IMG/VR virus record: IMGVR_UViG_3300037067_015211
Span: 148,569 to 212,568 of that record
DNA: 64,000 nt
Origin: a virus
Lineage: Duplodnaviria > Caudoviricetes
Strand: one strand, 5' to 3'
Every line of letters begins with the position of its first letter. The first letter of the stretch is position 1. The notes below the pieces were generated by a model that had not been told where the DNA came from, made no database searches, and saw nothing but the letters and a program-made list of their open reading frames with translations. Positions 50,414-60,728 of the stretch are shown piece by piece. Position numbers and translations under genes: made by a program.

Positions 50414-53400
50414 TTATTGTCCTTGACTTCTTACAGAGCTAAACTTAAACGGTACTTTTGCAGAATTAATTTTTCTCTCCGGCTCTGCTTTTGGAAGCGT
50501 TCCACCAATTAATCCCGTTGTGTCAACATCTGAAGCCGCCGCACTTCTCTTGTTCTGCTCTTCAAATTTGGCGTAGATTTTTGAAACTTCTTGCTGTTTC
50601 GCAACAAGAGCCTTATCATCCATCGCCATCAATTGTTTTTCGTCCGGTTCTAATCCAATCGACTTCATCATCGAAGAAATCTTTTTTACTTTTGGCTTTT
50701 TTACCAGTTCAACCTTTTCTGCTTCGTAAGCAGAAATTTTTCTATCACGTTCTGCAATAATCTTTTTCAATTCAATATTCTTTTTCTTTTCGGTTGCATA
50801 ACGTTCTTGCAACTTTTCTACCTTTTTCTCAATATCATAAATTGATTTGGCAACCTTTAATCGAGCCATTTTGTTTGTTATCTCACCCGCATTTTCTGTC
50901 TCTTGATTAATGGGTGTTTCTACGCCCACCGGCTCTTCGCTAACAACATTTTCATTTACAACAGTTTCTTCACTTTGTTGCATCTCGTCCTGTTTGGCCT
51001 TTACCTTTTCGTCCAACTTTCCACGGAATTCGCTAAGAGCAACTTCGTCCGTTCCAAGTGTTCTAACCTGCTCAATAAAATCTTCTGCTGTAAGTGTGCC
51101 AGCGGCAACCATTGGAGCAATTACGTCAGAAATTGTATCAAGAATATCCGACTGGCCCTCTGGCTCGCTATTTAACACTTCGTCAGAAACTTCTTGGTCT
51201 ACAATTACGTCTTCTTCCGGCTCTGTTGGCGGAACATTTTCTACCTGTGTGTCTTGAGGCATCCCCACACCCGTTGTTGCCGATTTCATGGAATCATATG
51301 TCTGAGCAACACGAGTCTTGGGTTCAAAATCCTCTTTTCTTGTAGCGTGTTTAAAATGCTTGGTTAAAGTTCCTTCAGTGCCAAGAACATTCAATGCCTC
51401 AAGCAACTTCTCTTTATAATCCGCCGATCTGAACTCTTTGTAATGCGAAATCATTGTTGCTGATGCAATACGTTTGTTGTCATTATCTACATCGCCGAAT
51501 GCTTGCCGCACCGAGACTGAAAATTGTGGCTCGCCGTTTTCAAAAACAAGATAACCAGATTCTTCTTTATGCAATTTACCAGTCTCATCATCTATTGAAT
51601 CAACCCATTCAGCGGCATAAATTTTCTTTGTTTCTTCCAAACTATTTTGCGCCTCTTCCATTTCCTTTTCTGTTTTGTCTTCATTGGTGTTAAACATTTC
51701 TTCGTCTTTTTCCTGCGAAGCCACTTTTAGCTGAGAAACATTTTCTTCCTGTGATTCTTTTACGCCAGTGGGGGTTTGTACTTGTACTGTTTTCTTGGCC
51801 GGATCAACATTAGTCACAGTTGCCTTTTCCATTTTATTTGGGTCTTCGGGAGTTTTTACGGCCACTGTATCACCAATATTAATTTGTTTTTGTGCGCCGC
51901 CCATTAACTGAGCCTTTTTTTTCAAGGAAATTTTCATTTTGGCATAACGGGCAACCTTCTTTTTAGCCGTAAGAATACAGGCTTTTACATCTTCGTCTTC
52001 TCCCGGCACATCAACATTATCATAAAAAGAATCCAATACCGCATATGCCCCATCTTCGTCTTCGACTTCATCCGAAAACACATCATTATCAACCAAATTT
52101 TTGCCAGTTTCTTCCAGCTTGTCAGCAGGAACTTCGCCGACAATGGCGGCAAAATCGGAACCGATATCGGCAAGACTGTCTTCCAAGTCGCCAATAGCGT
52201 CTTTGATGTCCTCAACCTTATCTTTTACTTCTTGAACATCTTCCTGAATGTCGTCTGCTACGCCTTCGACACCATCATGCTCTTCCAGTTCTTCGGAAGG
52301 AGTTTCTAACTCTTCGGAAAGGTCGCCATCACAGGACAAACATTCTGCACCCTCTTCCACGGCTTCGCCAACAGCTTCCGCGCCTTCTTCGATTTCTTCT
52401 TTTACTTCTTCATCAAGCTGGGCAATTTTTTGTGTCGGCACTTCTTTGAAATCGCTGTCTTTTCTCTTGGGGTCATTTTCTGTTTCTTTGGAAACTGTTA
52501 ATACAGTTTCGGGAGCCTCTGTTTTGACTGTAGGAACCTTGTCTCCCTTTTCCTCCGGCCCCTTTTCCACCACTTTTTGTTCGACCTTCACGGCTTTCTC
52601 CTTTTTGATTGCTGTTATCTTTTTGCCGCAGAGGGGGCAAAACCGGGCAGTTTCCGGGGCCATCTTGCCACAACTCGCGCACTTAATGGATTTTTTAGCC
52701 TCTACTTTTTTAAATGCTACTTTTTTGGCCTGTGGTTTACCAAACGATTCTTTTGCACTGGACGCAATAACTTCTTTAGCCTGTTTGATATTGCAGTCTT
52801 CCACATCCTTTACCAGTTGCAAATCACATGCAACTCGGATAATGTCCGCACCATTTAATTTCCCGGCCTCAATGGCGGCATGGGCCTCTAATGGAGTGGT
52901 ATAAGATGCGGGGAGTTGAATAGGTGAATTTCCACCGACATTCTTATGGCCTGTCTCTTCGGCAATGAGATTGCGCAATTCTCTAGCTAAACGAGGATCG
53001 CCAGCACCAATTGTATTGCCGCCGCCCCCACCGCCAGTGGGAGACCCCATTTCAACCTTGAATGCTTCTTCAGCACTTGTTGATGCAGAAGCACGAAGTT
53101 TTTCGTAAGAATTTGCAATAACAGTGCCGTCTTTTTTCACGCATTGCGAACCTTCAAACATATCCTTAGCCATGTCAACCTCCATTTTTTTTGCCACAAC
53201 CGTTTTTGCTTCTGCGCCCTTATCTGCCTGTATGTCATTTTCCCATTCATTGCCTATTTTTTTTACAATGAATGAAATTTCATTTCCCTCAATATCTTTA
53301 TTTATTTCATAAACCCATTTGTTGTCCTCGGGATGTCTTCTGCCCTTATACTTTTTAAGGCATTCACACCATTCGTCATCGTTGTAGGATACTTTTTCGC

Positions 53401-53902
53401 ATCGCCCACAAATAGAATATTCAATAGTGCATCCCATAGATACAGCGTTCACATTGCCATCTTGAATTGCTTGACATAATTCTGGTTCTTTTTCTTTGTC
53501 AACTGCCAGCAACATATATATCGATTTAGATTCAGCAATTGGGAATGTGGCAACAATATATCCCCAGCTATAATCTTCTTTATGATTTAAATGAACTGGT
53601 TTACCATCCCATGTCTGAAAAGTTAATTTACCACGGAATGGCCCACTTGTCTTTACCTTAAGAAGTTCATTTTCCCACTCAAAAAAATCTCCGTTGTCAT
53701 TTCCCTTGTTTTCGCCATATGTGGGAGATTCTTTATCGTCATCTTTTTGGTCGCCATGTAACCCAGTTACACTGACATACAAATATTTGTCGTCTACGTC
53801 TGTAATGGGTTTCTTGTCGGCAGTGCGTAAACGCTTAGTGCTGTTTACGGCACCAATGCCGACTTCAAGAATAGAAAAATTTGCTTCTCTTTTTCTTCGC
53901 AT
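50414..53902 (-). CDS. prohead protease-scaffold fusion
   Basis: N-domain NDNGDFF..KPVHLNH..VSMGC..CxxC; long acidic/coiled-coil remainder; between portal and capsid. Confidence 0.72.
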   Translation of the reverse strand: MRRKREANFSILEVGIGAVNSTKRLRTADKKPITDVDDKYLYVSVTGLHGDQKDDDKESPTYGENKGNDNGDFFEWENELLKVKTSGPFRGKLTFQTWDGKPVHLNHKEDYSWGYIVATFPIAESKSIYMLLAVDKEKEPELCQAIQDGNVNAVSMGCTIEYSICGRCEKVSYNDDEWCECLKKYKGRRHPEDNKWVYEINKDIEGNEISFIVKKIGNEWENDIQADKGAEAKTVVAKKMEVDMAKDMFEGSQCVKKDGTVIANSYEKLRASASTSAEEAFKVEMGSPTGGGGGGNTIGAGDPRLARELRNLIAEETGHKNVGGNSPIQLPASYTTPLEAHAAIEAGKLNGADIIRVACDLQLVKDVEDCNIKQAKEVIASSAKESFGKPQAKKVAFKKVEAKKSIKCASCGKMAPETARFCPLCGKKITAIKKEKAVKVEQKVVEKGPEEKGDKVPTVKTEAPETVLTVSKETENDPKRKDSDFKEVPTQKIAQLDEEVKEEIEEGAEAVGEAVEEGAECLSCDGDLSEELETPSEELEEHDGVEGVADDIQEDVQEVKDKVEDIKDAIGDLEDSLADIGSDFAAIVGEVPADKLEETGKNLVDNDVFSDEVEDEDGAYAVLDSFYDNVDVPGEDEDVKACILTAKKKVARYAKMKISLKKKAQLMGGAQKQINIGDTVAVKTPEDPNKMEKATVTNVDPAKKTVQVQTPTGVKESQEENVSQLKVASQEKDEEMFNTNEDKTEKEMEEAQNSLEETKKIYAAEWVDSIDDETGKLHKEESGYLVFENGEPQFSVSVRQAFGDVDNDNKRIASATMISHYKEFRSADYKEKLLEALNVLGTEGTLTKHFKHATRKEDFEPKTRVAQTYDSMKSATTGVGMPQDTQVENVPPTEPEEDVIVDQEVSDEVLNSEPEGQSDILDTISDVIAPMVAAGTLTAEDFIEQVRTLGTDEVALSEFRGKLDEKVKAKQDEMQQSEETVVNENVVSEEPVGVETPINQETENAGEITNKMARLKVAKSIYDIEKKVEKLQERYATEKKKNIELKKIIAERDRKISAYEAEKVELVKKPKVKKISSMMKSIGLEPDEKQLMAMDDKALVAKQQEVSKIYAKFEEQNKRSAAASDVDTTGLIGGTLPKAEPERKINSAKVPFKFSSVRSQGQ

Positions 53903-53944
53903 ACTGTTTTATATAATAGCCTTATTAATATGTTTTTATATATT

Positions 53945-55699
53945 TTATAATGCAGTTGGAAGTCCGGGTGCCTCTCCTGATGTTTCCGCAATTGGTCCGC
54001 CAGACTCAGTTCCTTCACCCTCTACTCCAAATTCACCGCCACCAATACCAGCCCCTTCTCCAGCACCTTCCATTTGATTCGACATGTCCACGCCACTCAA
54101 ACCTTCACTGCCAAAGAAGTCCTCACCGCCACCCATTCCGCCGCCCATTCCGCCCGGTAGCCCACCAACATCCGGCATGCCCTCTCCAGCACCGCCGCCC
54201 TCAGCGGGTGTTTTTACACCATAAGCCGCTCTTAATTTGGCAAGTTTTTGCTGGCTCTCATAATCAGACTTAAAGCCTGTAAATATTTGCTCAGACGTAA
54301 TATTAATAGAGTCTGTAACAAACTTCCACGGCACAAATCCTTCCTTTGCCATCTGAATAAGAAGCTGAATTTTAGCCTCATCACGACGCAAATATTGTTT
54401 GTCCCATTGGAATTCAGGCACCCAAGCACGGGGCTTGAATTTAATGTAATATTGAGATGTGGGAGTAGATTTCTTTTTACGATAAATTTTTTGCATCTTG
54501 CAAATTGGTTCAAATATCGCCTTCGTAATTGCGTATTCCAAATTCTGCCTATATGTTAACCAGTTGGAAATAACAACTTCCAAAGCTACAGATGCATTTG
54601 CATATGCAATATTTTCACCGGCCATAAATGATTTGGGAATTCCAAGAGAATAAAGAATTTGCTTTTCTACCCATTCATATTCTGGGCCTAGAGGAAGAGT
54701 CTTTCCATTTGCGCCCTCAATTTGCACTTTCATAGCATGATGCCACACAAATGCATTGTTGGTCCCCTGCCACATTGTTTGTAGGGAATTATAAACCTCG
54801 TCAATTTCTGTTTGCGAAGCAGGTTGTTCATCGGAACCAACAAAATAATATTCGTGTGGGGCCAAATGTCTGCGGATTACCGCTCTTTGCCCCTGTACCA
54901 AATCATCTTGGTACTGTAGGGCCGTAAGTGCGGGATAAATTGCCGATTGTCCACGAGGCGAAAGGGGATCGCCTGTGCGCTTGAATAGAGTCGCCTGTAA
55001 TGGCGATAATCTTACTGGTCTGCTATCAATAACATTGGCTCGAATATCCGATGGAATATCATTCGCCAACATCATTTCTAAATCAGTCTTGGGATTTTTG
55101 CACAATTGTTGTAAATACGGATCTTTGTGAAAATGGTAAACTAATTCACAATCTTTACCGATGAAGTTTTTATGTGAAATAACTTCCGTCCACGACGGAT
55201 TGAGCAAATCCATTTCCTTGAACATTGTCGGATGCTTAACATCATCGACAATGCCAAACAAAATTGCTTCTCCGTAGATGTAATAAAAATATGTAATATC
55301 GGAAATATACCGATAAAGGTCTAGTTCTTCCGCAATATCGTTAAAAAACTGCTCTAAAGCGGGGTCTTCATGGGTGAGCCTGAATTGGGAAAGGGGGAAA
55401 TCTACGGCCAGCCTAATACCCCTGTTTACTACGGGTTCTCTTAAAAAGTATAACATGCAAAGATTGTTGAGTGTTTCCCTGTCTGTAGGGATATCCTTGT
55501 CGTATTTGCGGTAATCATACCATCTAGGCATGTCGTACATAAGAGCCGCCGTTTCGGCTGTACGAATTCTTGTGGCATGTCTCGCTGGCCCCTGTTTCTT
55601 AAGTTCTTGACCTACTTTACGTTCTATCTCCGCTGTGGTTGTTGTGCTTACAAGGGCGGGAGCATCTTTTTTCTTAAACAAGGTTTTTCCTCTTGACAA
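53945..55699 (-). CDS. portal protein
   Basis: EPVVNRGI, YIYGEAI, PRGQSAI, LGIPKSFM...YANASVAL; start uncertain. Confidence 0.82.
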   Translation of the reverse strand: MSRGKTLFKKKDAPALVSTTTTAEIERKVGQELKKQGPARHATRIRTAETAALMYDMPRWYDYRKYDKDIPTDRETLNNLCMLYFLREPVVNRGIRLAVDFPLSQFRLTHEDPALEQFFNDIAEELDLYRYISDITYFYYIYGEAILFGIVDDVKHPTMFKEMDLLNPSWTEVISHKNFIGKDCELVYHFHKDPYLQQLCKNPKTDLEMMLANDIPSDIRANVIDSRPVRLSPLQATLFKRTGDPLSPRGQSAIYPALTALQYQDDLVQGQRAVIRRHLAPHEYYFVGSDEQPASQTEIDEVYNSLQTMWQGTNNAFVWHHAMKVQIEGANGKTLPLGPEYEWVEKQILYSLGIPKSFMAGENIAYANASVALEVVISNWLTYRQNLEYAITKAIFEPICKMQKIYRKKKSTPTSQYYIKFKPRAWVPEFQWDKQYLRRDEAKIQLLIQMAKEGFVPWKFVTDSINITSEQIFTGFKSDYESQQKLAKLRAAYGVKTPAEGGGAGEGMPDVGGLPGGMGGGMGGGEDFFGSEGLSGVDMSNQMEGAGEGAGIGGGEFGVEGEGTESGGPIAETSGEAPGLPTAL

Positions 55700-55720
55700 A
55701 CAGCAAATTATACATATAGT
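55693..55720 (+). promoter_or_regulatory. sigma70-like promoter for antisense gene
   Basis: TTGACA-N16-TATAGT, then GAAGGAG RBS. Confidence 0.65.
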
Positions 55721-55743
55721 CTAAACAGTAGAAGGAGTTTGAT

Positions 55744-56022
55744 ATGGAACCATTTGGACTTATTTTCTTGTTTCTAACTAAACTCATTCTTGGGCCAGCC
55801 TTCTTAATTAGGTTTATTTTTTTTGCAGCCTATTATTCCATTCTAATATATTGTATAACAATATGGGTATCATTTTCTATTTTTAAGGAGCCAATTTCAA
55901 TATTCAAAAAAATTTATAAATTTATTTCTTTAAATTTTGCCCTATTCAAATGTTTTGCAGTTGAATTTCCAGATAGTATAATTGATGCAATAAAACGTTG
56001 GGCAATATTCATGGGAGAATAA
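55744..56022 (+). CDS. small membrane protein, antisense to head operon
   Basis: Hydrophobic N-half, own promoter and RBS. Confidence 0.7.
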   Translation: MEPFGLIFLFLTKLILGPAFLIRFIFFAAYYSILIYCITIWVSFSIFKEPISIFKKIYKFISLNFALFKCFAVEFPDSIIDAIKRWAIFMGE

Positions 56023-56743
56023 CTCCGAATATTCTTTGCACCATTTCGCGATATTGACGCAAAATTGGTGAATCTTCCATTTCTCTCGCGCCTATTTTAT
56101 TTTTTAACTGTTGATAAGATGCAAATATTTTTTCTTTTACTGCGGTAGCACCTTCACTTTTTGCGATACCAGCCAATGGCCATGCAAGTGCTTTCACATA
56201 TGGGCTTAATTCGTTAATATATTTTACATCTTCCTGTGATAACACGGTTGTATTTTTCCAATCGGCCTCAGTTTTTCTATATTCGAGATTTAATGCTTTT
56301 GCTATGCGTTTTTTAGCCTCGACCTTCATGAATTGCTCGGCTATATTTTTTACTCTCTCAACCGTGATGTTGCTGATATAGTCAGAAATCATTGTAACAA
56401 TTTTTGTGGTAATTTCTTGGCTTTGATTTTGGGTCAATTGCATTTGGTAAACTGCTTTTGCCACTTCATTGATATAGGTAGATAGTTCACCGATTGATTG
56501 TTTTACTTGTTCTTCCCTGCTCGCCCCCGCCGCCGGTTTTTCTAATTCTTCTTCTTTTATTTCTGCCGCCGGTTGTGCCTCTTGGGCAATATTTTGCGCT
56601 TGATCCAAGGACAAGGTTGGGTCAAGTTCAGTCGGCATCAGTTTTTCTTGCACCATAGGAGTCGGGGGCGGAGGCGCAGGAGTGGTAGCCTCTTGCTGTG
56701 CTTTACGCCGCATCCATGTCTGGTAAATTGTTTCTTCGTACAT
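56009..56743 (-). CDS. putative internal head protein
   Basis: YQTWMRRKAQ leader, helical. Confidence 0.65.
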   Translation of the reverse strand: MYEETIYQTWMRRKAQQEATTPAPPPPTPMVQEKLMPTELDPTLSLDQAQNIAQEAQPAAEIKEEELEKPAAGASREEQVKQSIGELSTYINEVAKAVYQMQLTQNQSQEITTKIVTMISDYISNITVERVKNIAEQFMKVEAKKRIAKALNLEYRKTEADWKNTTVLSQEDVKYINELSPYVKALAWPLAGIAKSEGATAVKEKIFASYQQLKNKIGAREMEDSPILRQYREMVQRIFGVILP

Positions 56744-56747
56744 TTTT

Positions 56748-57833
56748 TTACTCCGACAATAAACCGGCTTTTTTGGCCACTCTTTTTAAACGATATTTTT
56801 CTTCTTTTGTCATATCCATCGTCATGTAAGAAAAAGCTTCTGGAAATGTTTTGAAGCCATTGCCAACTTCATCTACGATTTTGTACAAATAAGATGCATC
56901 TCGTTGATTTCTGGAACGAATTTTCTCGTAATATTCCATTGCATCTTCTTTTTGTTTGTCGGTAAGGCCATAATCTTTTGTCAGCCGTTCAATCTCTTCC
57001 AGAACCGTGCCTTGATTGGCCTGTGCATCTCGCATAGCCCATTCTACAACGATTTCGGGAGATACCAGTCCTTCATTTACTTCTAATTCTTTGGCCTTTT
57101 GTTCAGTCATTTGTTCTTCTCTGGGTTTAATTGGTTTGGCATCGCTTTCTTCTACCGGCCCCTGTACGTCAGGCACATTGGATACGTTGTTGATAAGCCT
57201 ATCGCTACCAACACGAGGCATTGTGCGCGGAATACGCTCGATAAGCGGCGTAGTCTGTGGCTCGTTGACGTATTGAGCACGGTCCTCAATGACCTTACAT
57301 TGGGGTTTCTTTTCTTCTTTTTTTGTTGTTGTTGCTGAACCTTTTGCAGATTTATTAATTGTTTTTGTAAAATCTGGAAATTTATCATCAATAACAGACA
57401 CCCTAAAAGAATGCCAACCATCCTTTTCGGCCAAAGCCTTTATTTTTTCTATGTGCTCATCATTTATTGCATTGGACAATAACAATTCTTCGTCCAGCCT
57501 ATCTGTTTTGCCTTTAGGAATACCCCACAATATTTTGGTTTTTTTGTCCATTTCGGCCCTTCGTTCTTTTGTTGTCATATTTGCCTCTTTTTCGTTTACT
57601 TTTTCCAATGCCTCAAATGGCACAAATACGCCACCTAATACCCAACTATTGGAGCCAGCACCGTAAATCTCTGCCTTGTCGCCAGACATCGACTTCACTT
57701 TGACGAATCCATTGCCGTTTTCAATCTCCTGTTGCACCAAATTCATGTATTTGTCGGAATCGTCATAACCCTTTACGGCATTAAGGTTTACCTTAAATGT
57801 GCCGACTATGTTTTGTTGTGCTTTTTTCTTCAT
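56748..57833 (-). CDS. putative internal head protein
   Basis: Likely start MKKKAQ. Confidence 0.65.
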   Translation of the reverse strand: MKKKAQQNIVGTFKVNLNAVKGYDDSDKYMNLVQQEIENGNGFVKVKSMSGDKAEIYGAGSNSWVLGGVFVPFEALEKVNEKEANMTTKERRAEMDKKTKILWGIPKGKTDRLDEELLLSNAINDEHIEKIKALAEKDGWHSFRVSVIDDKFPDFTKTINKSAKGSATTTKKEEKKPQCKVIEDRAQYVNEPQTTPLIERIPRTMPRVGSDRLINNVSNVPDVQGPVEESDAKPIKPREEQMTEQKAKELEVNEGLVSPEIVVEWAMRDAQANQGTVLEEIERLTKDYGLTDKQKEDAMEYYEKIRSRNQRDASYLYKIVDEVGNGFKTFPEAFSYMTMDMTKEEKYRLKRVAKKAGLLSE

Positions 57834-57841
57834 ATTTTCAC

Positions 57842-57869
57842 TTGACAAAAGACAGATTGTGCATATACT
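57842..57869 (+). promoter_or_regulatory. sigma70-like promoter for antisense gene
   Basis: TTGACA-N16-TATACT, then TAAGGAG RBS. Confidence 0.65.
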
Positions 57870-57892
57870 TTAAATTGAGTAAGGAGAAAAAA

Positions 57893-58141
57893 ATGTTACT
57901 CATTAGAATATTGTTGACGGCACAATTATATTTGCACCTATATTTTGCAACAATTTTTGATAAAAATTGTTTTGATATGTCTTGCATGGTGTGCAAAATA
58001 ATTTTTACCGATGCTTTAAAGGAAAAAAAATATTTTGCCCTTTTTATTGTAATCCTAAAAATTTTATATTTATATCTCATTTCGTTTCCTGATGAATACG
58101 CAAAGTTTCGTTGCAAAAGTTTTTGGAACGAAACAAAATAA
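57893..58141 (+). CDS. small hydrophobic protein, antisense to head operon
   Basis: MLLIRILLT... 82 aa with promoter and RBS. Confidence 0.6.
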   Translation: MLLIRILLTAQLYLHLYFATIFDKNCFDMSCMVCKIIFTDALKEKKYFALFIVILKILYLYLISFPDEYAKFRCKSFWNETK

Positions 58142-58142
58142 A

Positions 58143-60122
58143 TTATAATAATTTGCCAGACAAAATGTTTGCTTTTACTTTTTCATATGAATTTGGAAAA
58201 TCTTTTACAAAAAACTCCAATATTCTTTTGCCAAACATTTGTGCTTTAATTGGATCGGTAAAAACATAATCGTTGTACTTTAGCATCATATTTTTTAATG
58301 GTGCTGGTATTACATCAGTATAAGCCTCATTTAATTCGCCAATATAAGCGTTTCGTTCAGAAGCAATTCGTTCCTCATTATATACCTTGCCATGCATTCG
58401 CCTAATATTTGCCAAAAATTCTGCCATGTCTCGCATCTTTTCAGCCCTATTTTTTAATTTTTCAATTACTTCTATTTCCTCATCGTCAGAATCTTCCAAC
58501 ATTTCATCAAGTTCCTCTAACACCCCATCCATTTTTTCAATTATACATGCACTAACTTTTTTTTTAGCTTCTTTGGTAGACTTGGGAAGCTTGCCAGAAT
58601 CCCCATCTGTAATATTTTTGGTATTTTCTGGCGTCTTTACAGGATCTTCATTGCTCTCGATAACTTCCGAGTCTTCTGGTGTTTTGGCCAATTCCTTTTC
58701 TGTCTCAACAACTGGACCTTCCTCTTTGGGAACTTCTGGAATTGAATTCTTGTCTAGCTTTACTTCCAGCATTTCCATCTGGGCCAATCGCCTTTCCTCT
58801 TCCTCAATCTCTTCAAATTGTTGCCCCGCCCATTCGTCCGTAATCTTATTGTCATTCCAGTCCTGTAACACCTGTGCTTTACGAGCCATCACCTTGGCCT
58901 TGGCCGTAGCATTGTCGAAGCCCTTCTCACTATTTTCCTTAATAGGTTCACCGGCATTTTTCGGGGTCTTTACAGGATCGAGATTTTCGTCAATAACATC
59001 CATATTCTTAGGTGTTTCAACTGGATTTACATTTTCATCTACCACATCATTCTTTTCAGGAGTCTTTACAGGCTCTTCGTTTTCTTTAATGACTTCCTGT
59101 GATGCAGTGACAGTGCCGGGGAAATTTTCAAGATTTTCTCCCACTGTTGCTTGTGCTTCAGTAGCCACTGTACCATCAATAACTTCTTTTTGCAAATAAT
59201 CTGTAATCGAATTATCGAGCATATTTGCCGCATCCACTAGCCCGGCATCAACAAGCGTCTTTTTAAGATTGTAATATGTAAATGATTTGTTGTTTAGCTG
59301 GTTTTTAAGCATATTGGACCCGCCGCCACGAACAATAATGGTCCAAGTGTCGCCATTACCCTTGTTGATTTCCAAGGCCGTAGAAAGTGTGGCAGAATTT
59401 ACATCAAACTTAGTTGCAGGCTCAATAGCCTTTGCCTGTTCATCGATCTGTACGGGCGCAATGTCTGGCTGTGTTGTTGTTGGAGCAACTGCGGGTGCAA
59501 CAGGAGCCATCTGGGCAAACAATTTGCGCACATCAGCCACCTTGTCATCATCGGCAAAGATTTCGCAAATAGGACCATTCTCGTAACGATTTTCAAAATG
59601 AATCTTGGCCTGACGAAGATTTCTCTCCAAATCATAGGAATGATTGCCCAGAACTTCTAGTTCGTCATTCTCGGGATTCCACATTACGGCTTTTCGAAGT
59701 GTCATATCGGTTTCCTCACTAGCAGACAAATCTTGTTTGCTGGCAATTTTCTTATTTTTTTCACCGTAAAGGCTTTCGCCAACACGATAATCGTCCTCGT
59801 CGTCAATGTTATACATTACGGATGCAATGTATTTTTTGGGCTTTTGCTCACGAGCATTAACTACTTCGAAAGCCAAGGCCGCTTTTCGGATAATTGCTTT
59901 GCGACAATCAACCGGGCTTTCCGTTTGCGCCATAACATCGATGTTTCGAAATGAAATCACAGGAGAAAGAAAACCAAATTTGTTTTTTACAAACTCGGCA
60001 ACCCTCTTAGATGCATGTCGAACAATTTCATCCTTATTCGATGAGGTTTCCGAATAAGATATTTTGCTAACGGTTTCCGACTTTGAATCTTTCGAGCCTG
60101 CAAACTTTTTGAAAATATTCAT
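58143..60122 (-). CDS. putative internal head protein with ~15-aa repeats
   Basis: (D/E)V(I/V).EN..PV(K/E)TP repeats; many K/R-x-A motifs. Confidence 0.65.
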   Translation of the reverse strand: MNIFKKFAGSKDSKSETVSKISYSETSSNKDEIVRHASKRVAEFVKNKFGFLSPVISFRNIDVMAQTESPVDCRKAIIRKAALAFEVVNAREQKPKKYIASVMYNIDDEDDYRVGESLYGEKNKKIASKQDLSASEETDMTLRKAVMWNPENDELEVLGNHSYDLERNLRQAKIHFENRYENGPICEIFADDDKVADVRKLFAQMAPVAPAVAPTTTQPDIAPVQIDEQAKAIEPATKFDVNSATLSTALEINKGNGDTWTIIVRGGGSNMLKNQLNNKSFTYYNLKKTLVDAGLVDAANMLDNSITDYLQKEVIDGTVATEAQATVGENLENFPGTVTASQEVIKENEEPVKTPEKNDVVDENVNPVETPKNMDVIDENLDPVKTPKNAGEPIKENSEKGFDNATAKAKVMARKAQVLQDWNDNKITDEWAGQQFEEIEEEERRLAQMEMLEVKLDKNSIPEVPKEEGPVVETEKELAKTPEDSEVIESNEDPVKTPENTKNITDGDSGKLPKSTKEAKKKVSACIIEKMDGVLEELDEMLEDSDDEEIEVIEKLKNRAEKMRDMAEFLANIRRMHGKVYNEERIASERNAYIGELNEAYTDVIPAPLKNMMLKYNDYVFTDPIKAQMFGKRILEFFVKDFPNSYEKVKANILSGKLL

Positions 60123-60658
60123 ATTAATTCTCCTGTCTGTAACTCTTCTATTGTTGACTCGATCCAGTCTTTAATATCTTCTGGATCGGCGTTTTCGAAA
60201 TCTGCCATTTCCTCTTTACCATCAACTGCAATCCAAATTTTTATTTTTATGTCATTATTTTTGTAAACACGTTTAATAGAAATGCCGCGACTAATATTTC
60301 CATTTTTATCATATTCAATATTAAAATAATGATTTTTATCTTCAGAATAATGACGAGGAAATAATTCATCCAACTCTAAATCATCGTATATGTCTTGTAT
60401 TGTTGCAGGACTAGCTTCAAACATTGCTGCTCTTTTTTCACCTTCATAGTTTTCGTCATATTCTTTTTGTTCTGATATTTGAGAATATGAACCGGCCGTT
60501 TTGTTCCCAGAAGAAAAAAAGGATTTTAACAATTCATCATTTAAGTCTTTTTCCAAATAAATTTTGTTGTCTTCCGATTTGGCCCAAACTTTTTCGTCTA
60601 CTCGCCGTTTATCGGCCTTCTTGCGCTGATTTTTTTTATATCTATCAAAAACACCCAT
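60119..60658 (-). CDS. putative internal head protein
   Basis: FDRYKKNQRKKAD leader, NKTAG; GGAG RBS. Confidence 0.6.
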   Translation of the reverse strand: MGVFDRYKKNQRKKADKRRVDEKVWAKSEDNKIYLEKDLNDELLKSFFSSGNKTAGSYSQISEQKEYDENYEGEKRAAMFEASPATIQDIYDDLELDELFPRHYSEDKNHYFNIEYDKNGNISRGISIKRVYKNNDIKIKIWIAVDGKEEMADFENADPEDIKDWIESTIEELQTGELI

Positions 60659-60728
60659 GTCTTTACTCCAAGCTTACGATGTTGCTACACACCGTAAATT
60701 ATAGATTTTATTTAAACTATTATTTAAT

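Noticed and set aside
50491-60057. Long + strand ORFs such as 52248-52904 and 58387-59199
   Set aside because: Ser/Phe-rich antisense shadows of Glu/Lys-rich minus-strand genes, with no RBS.
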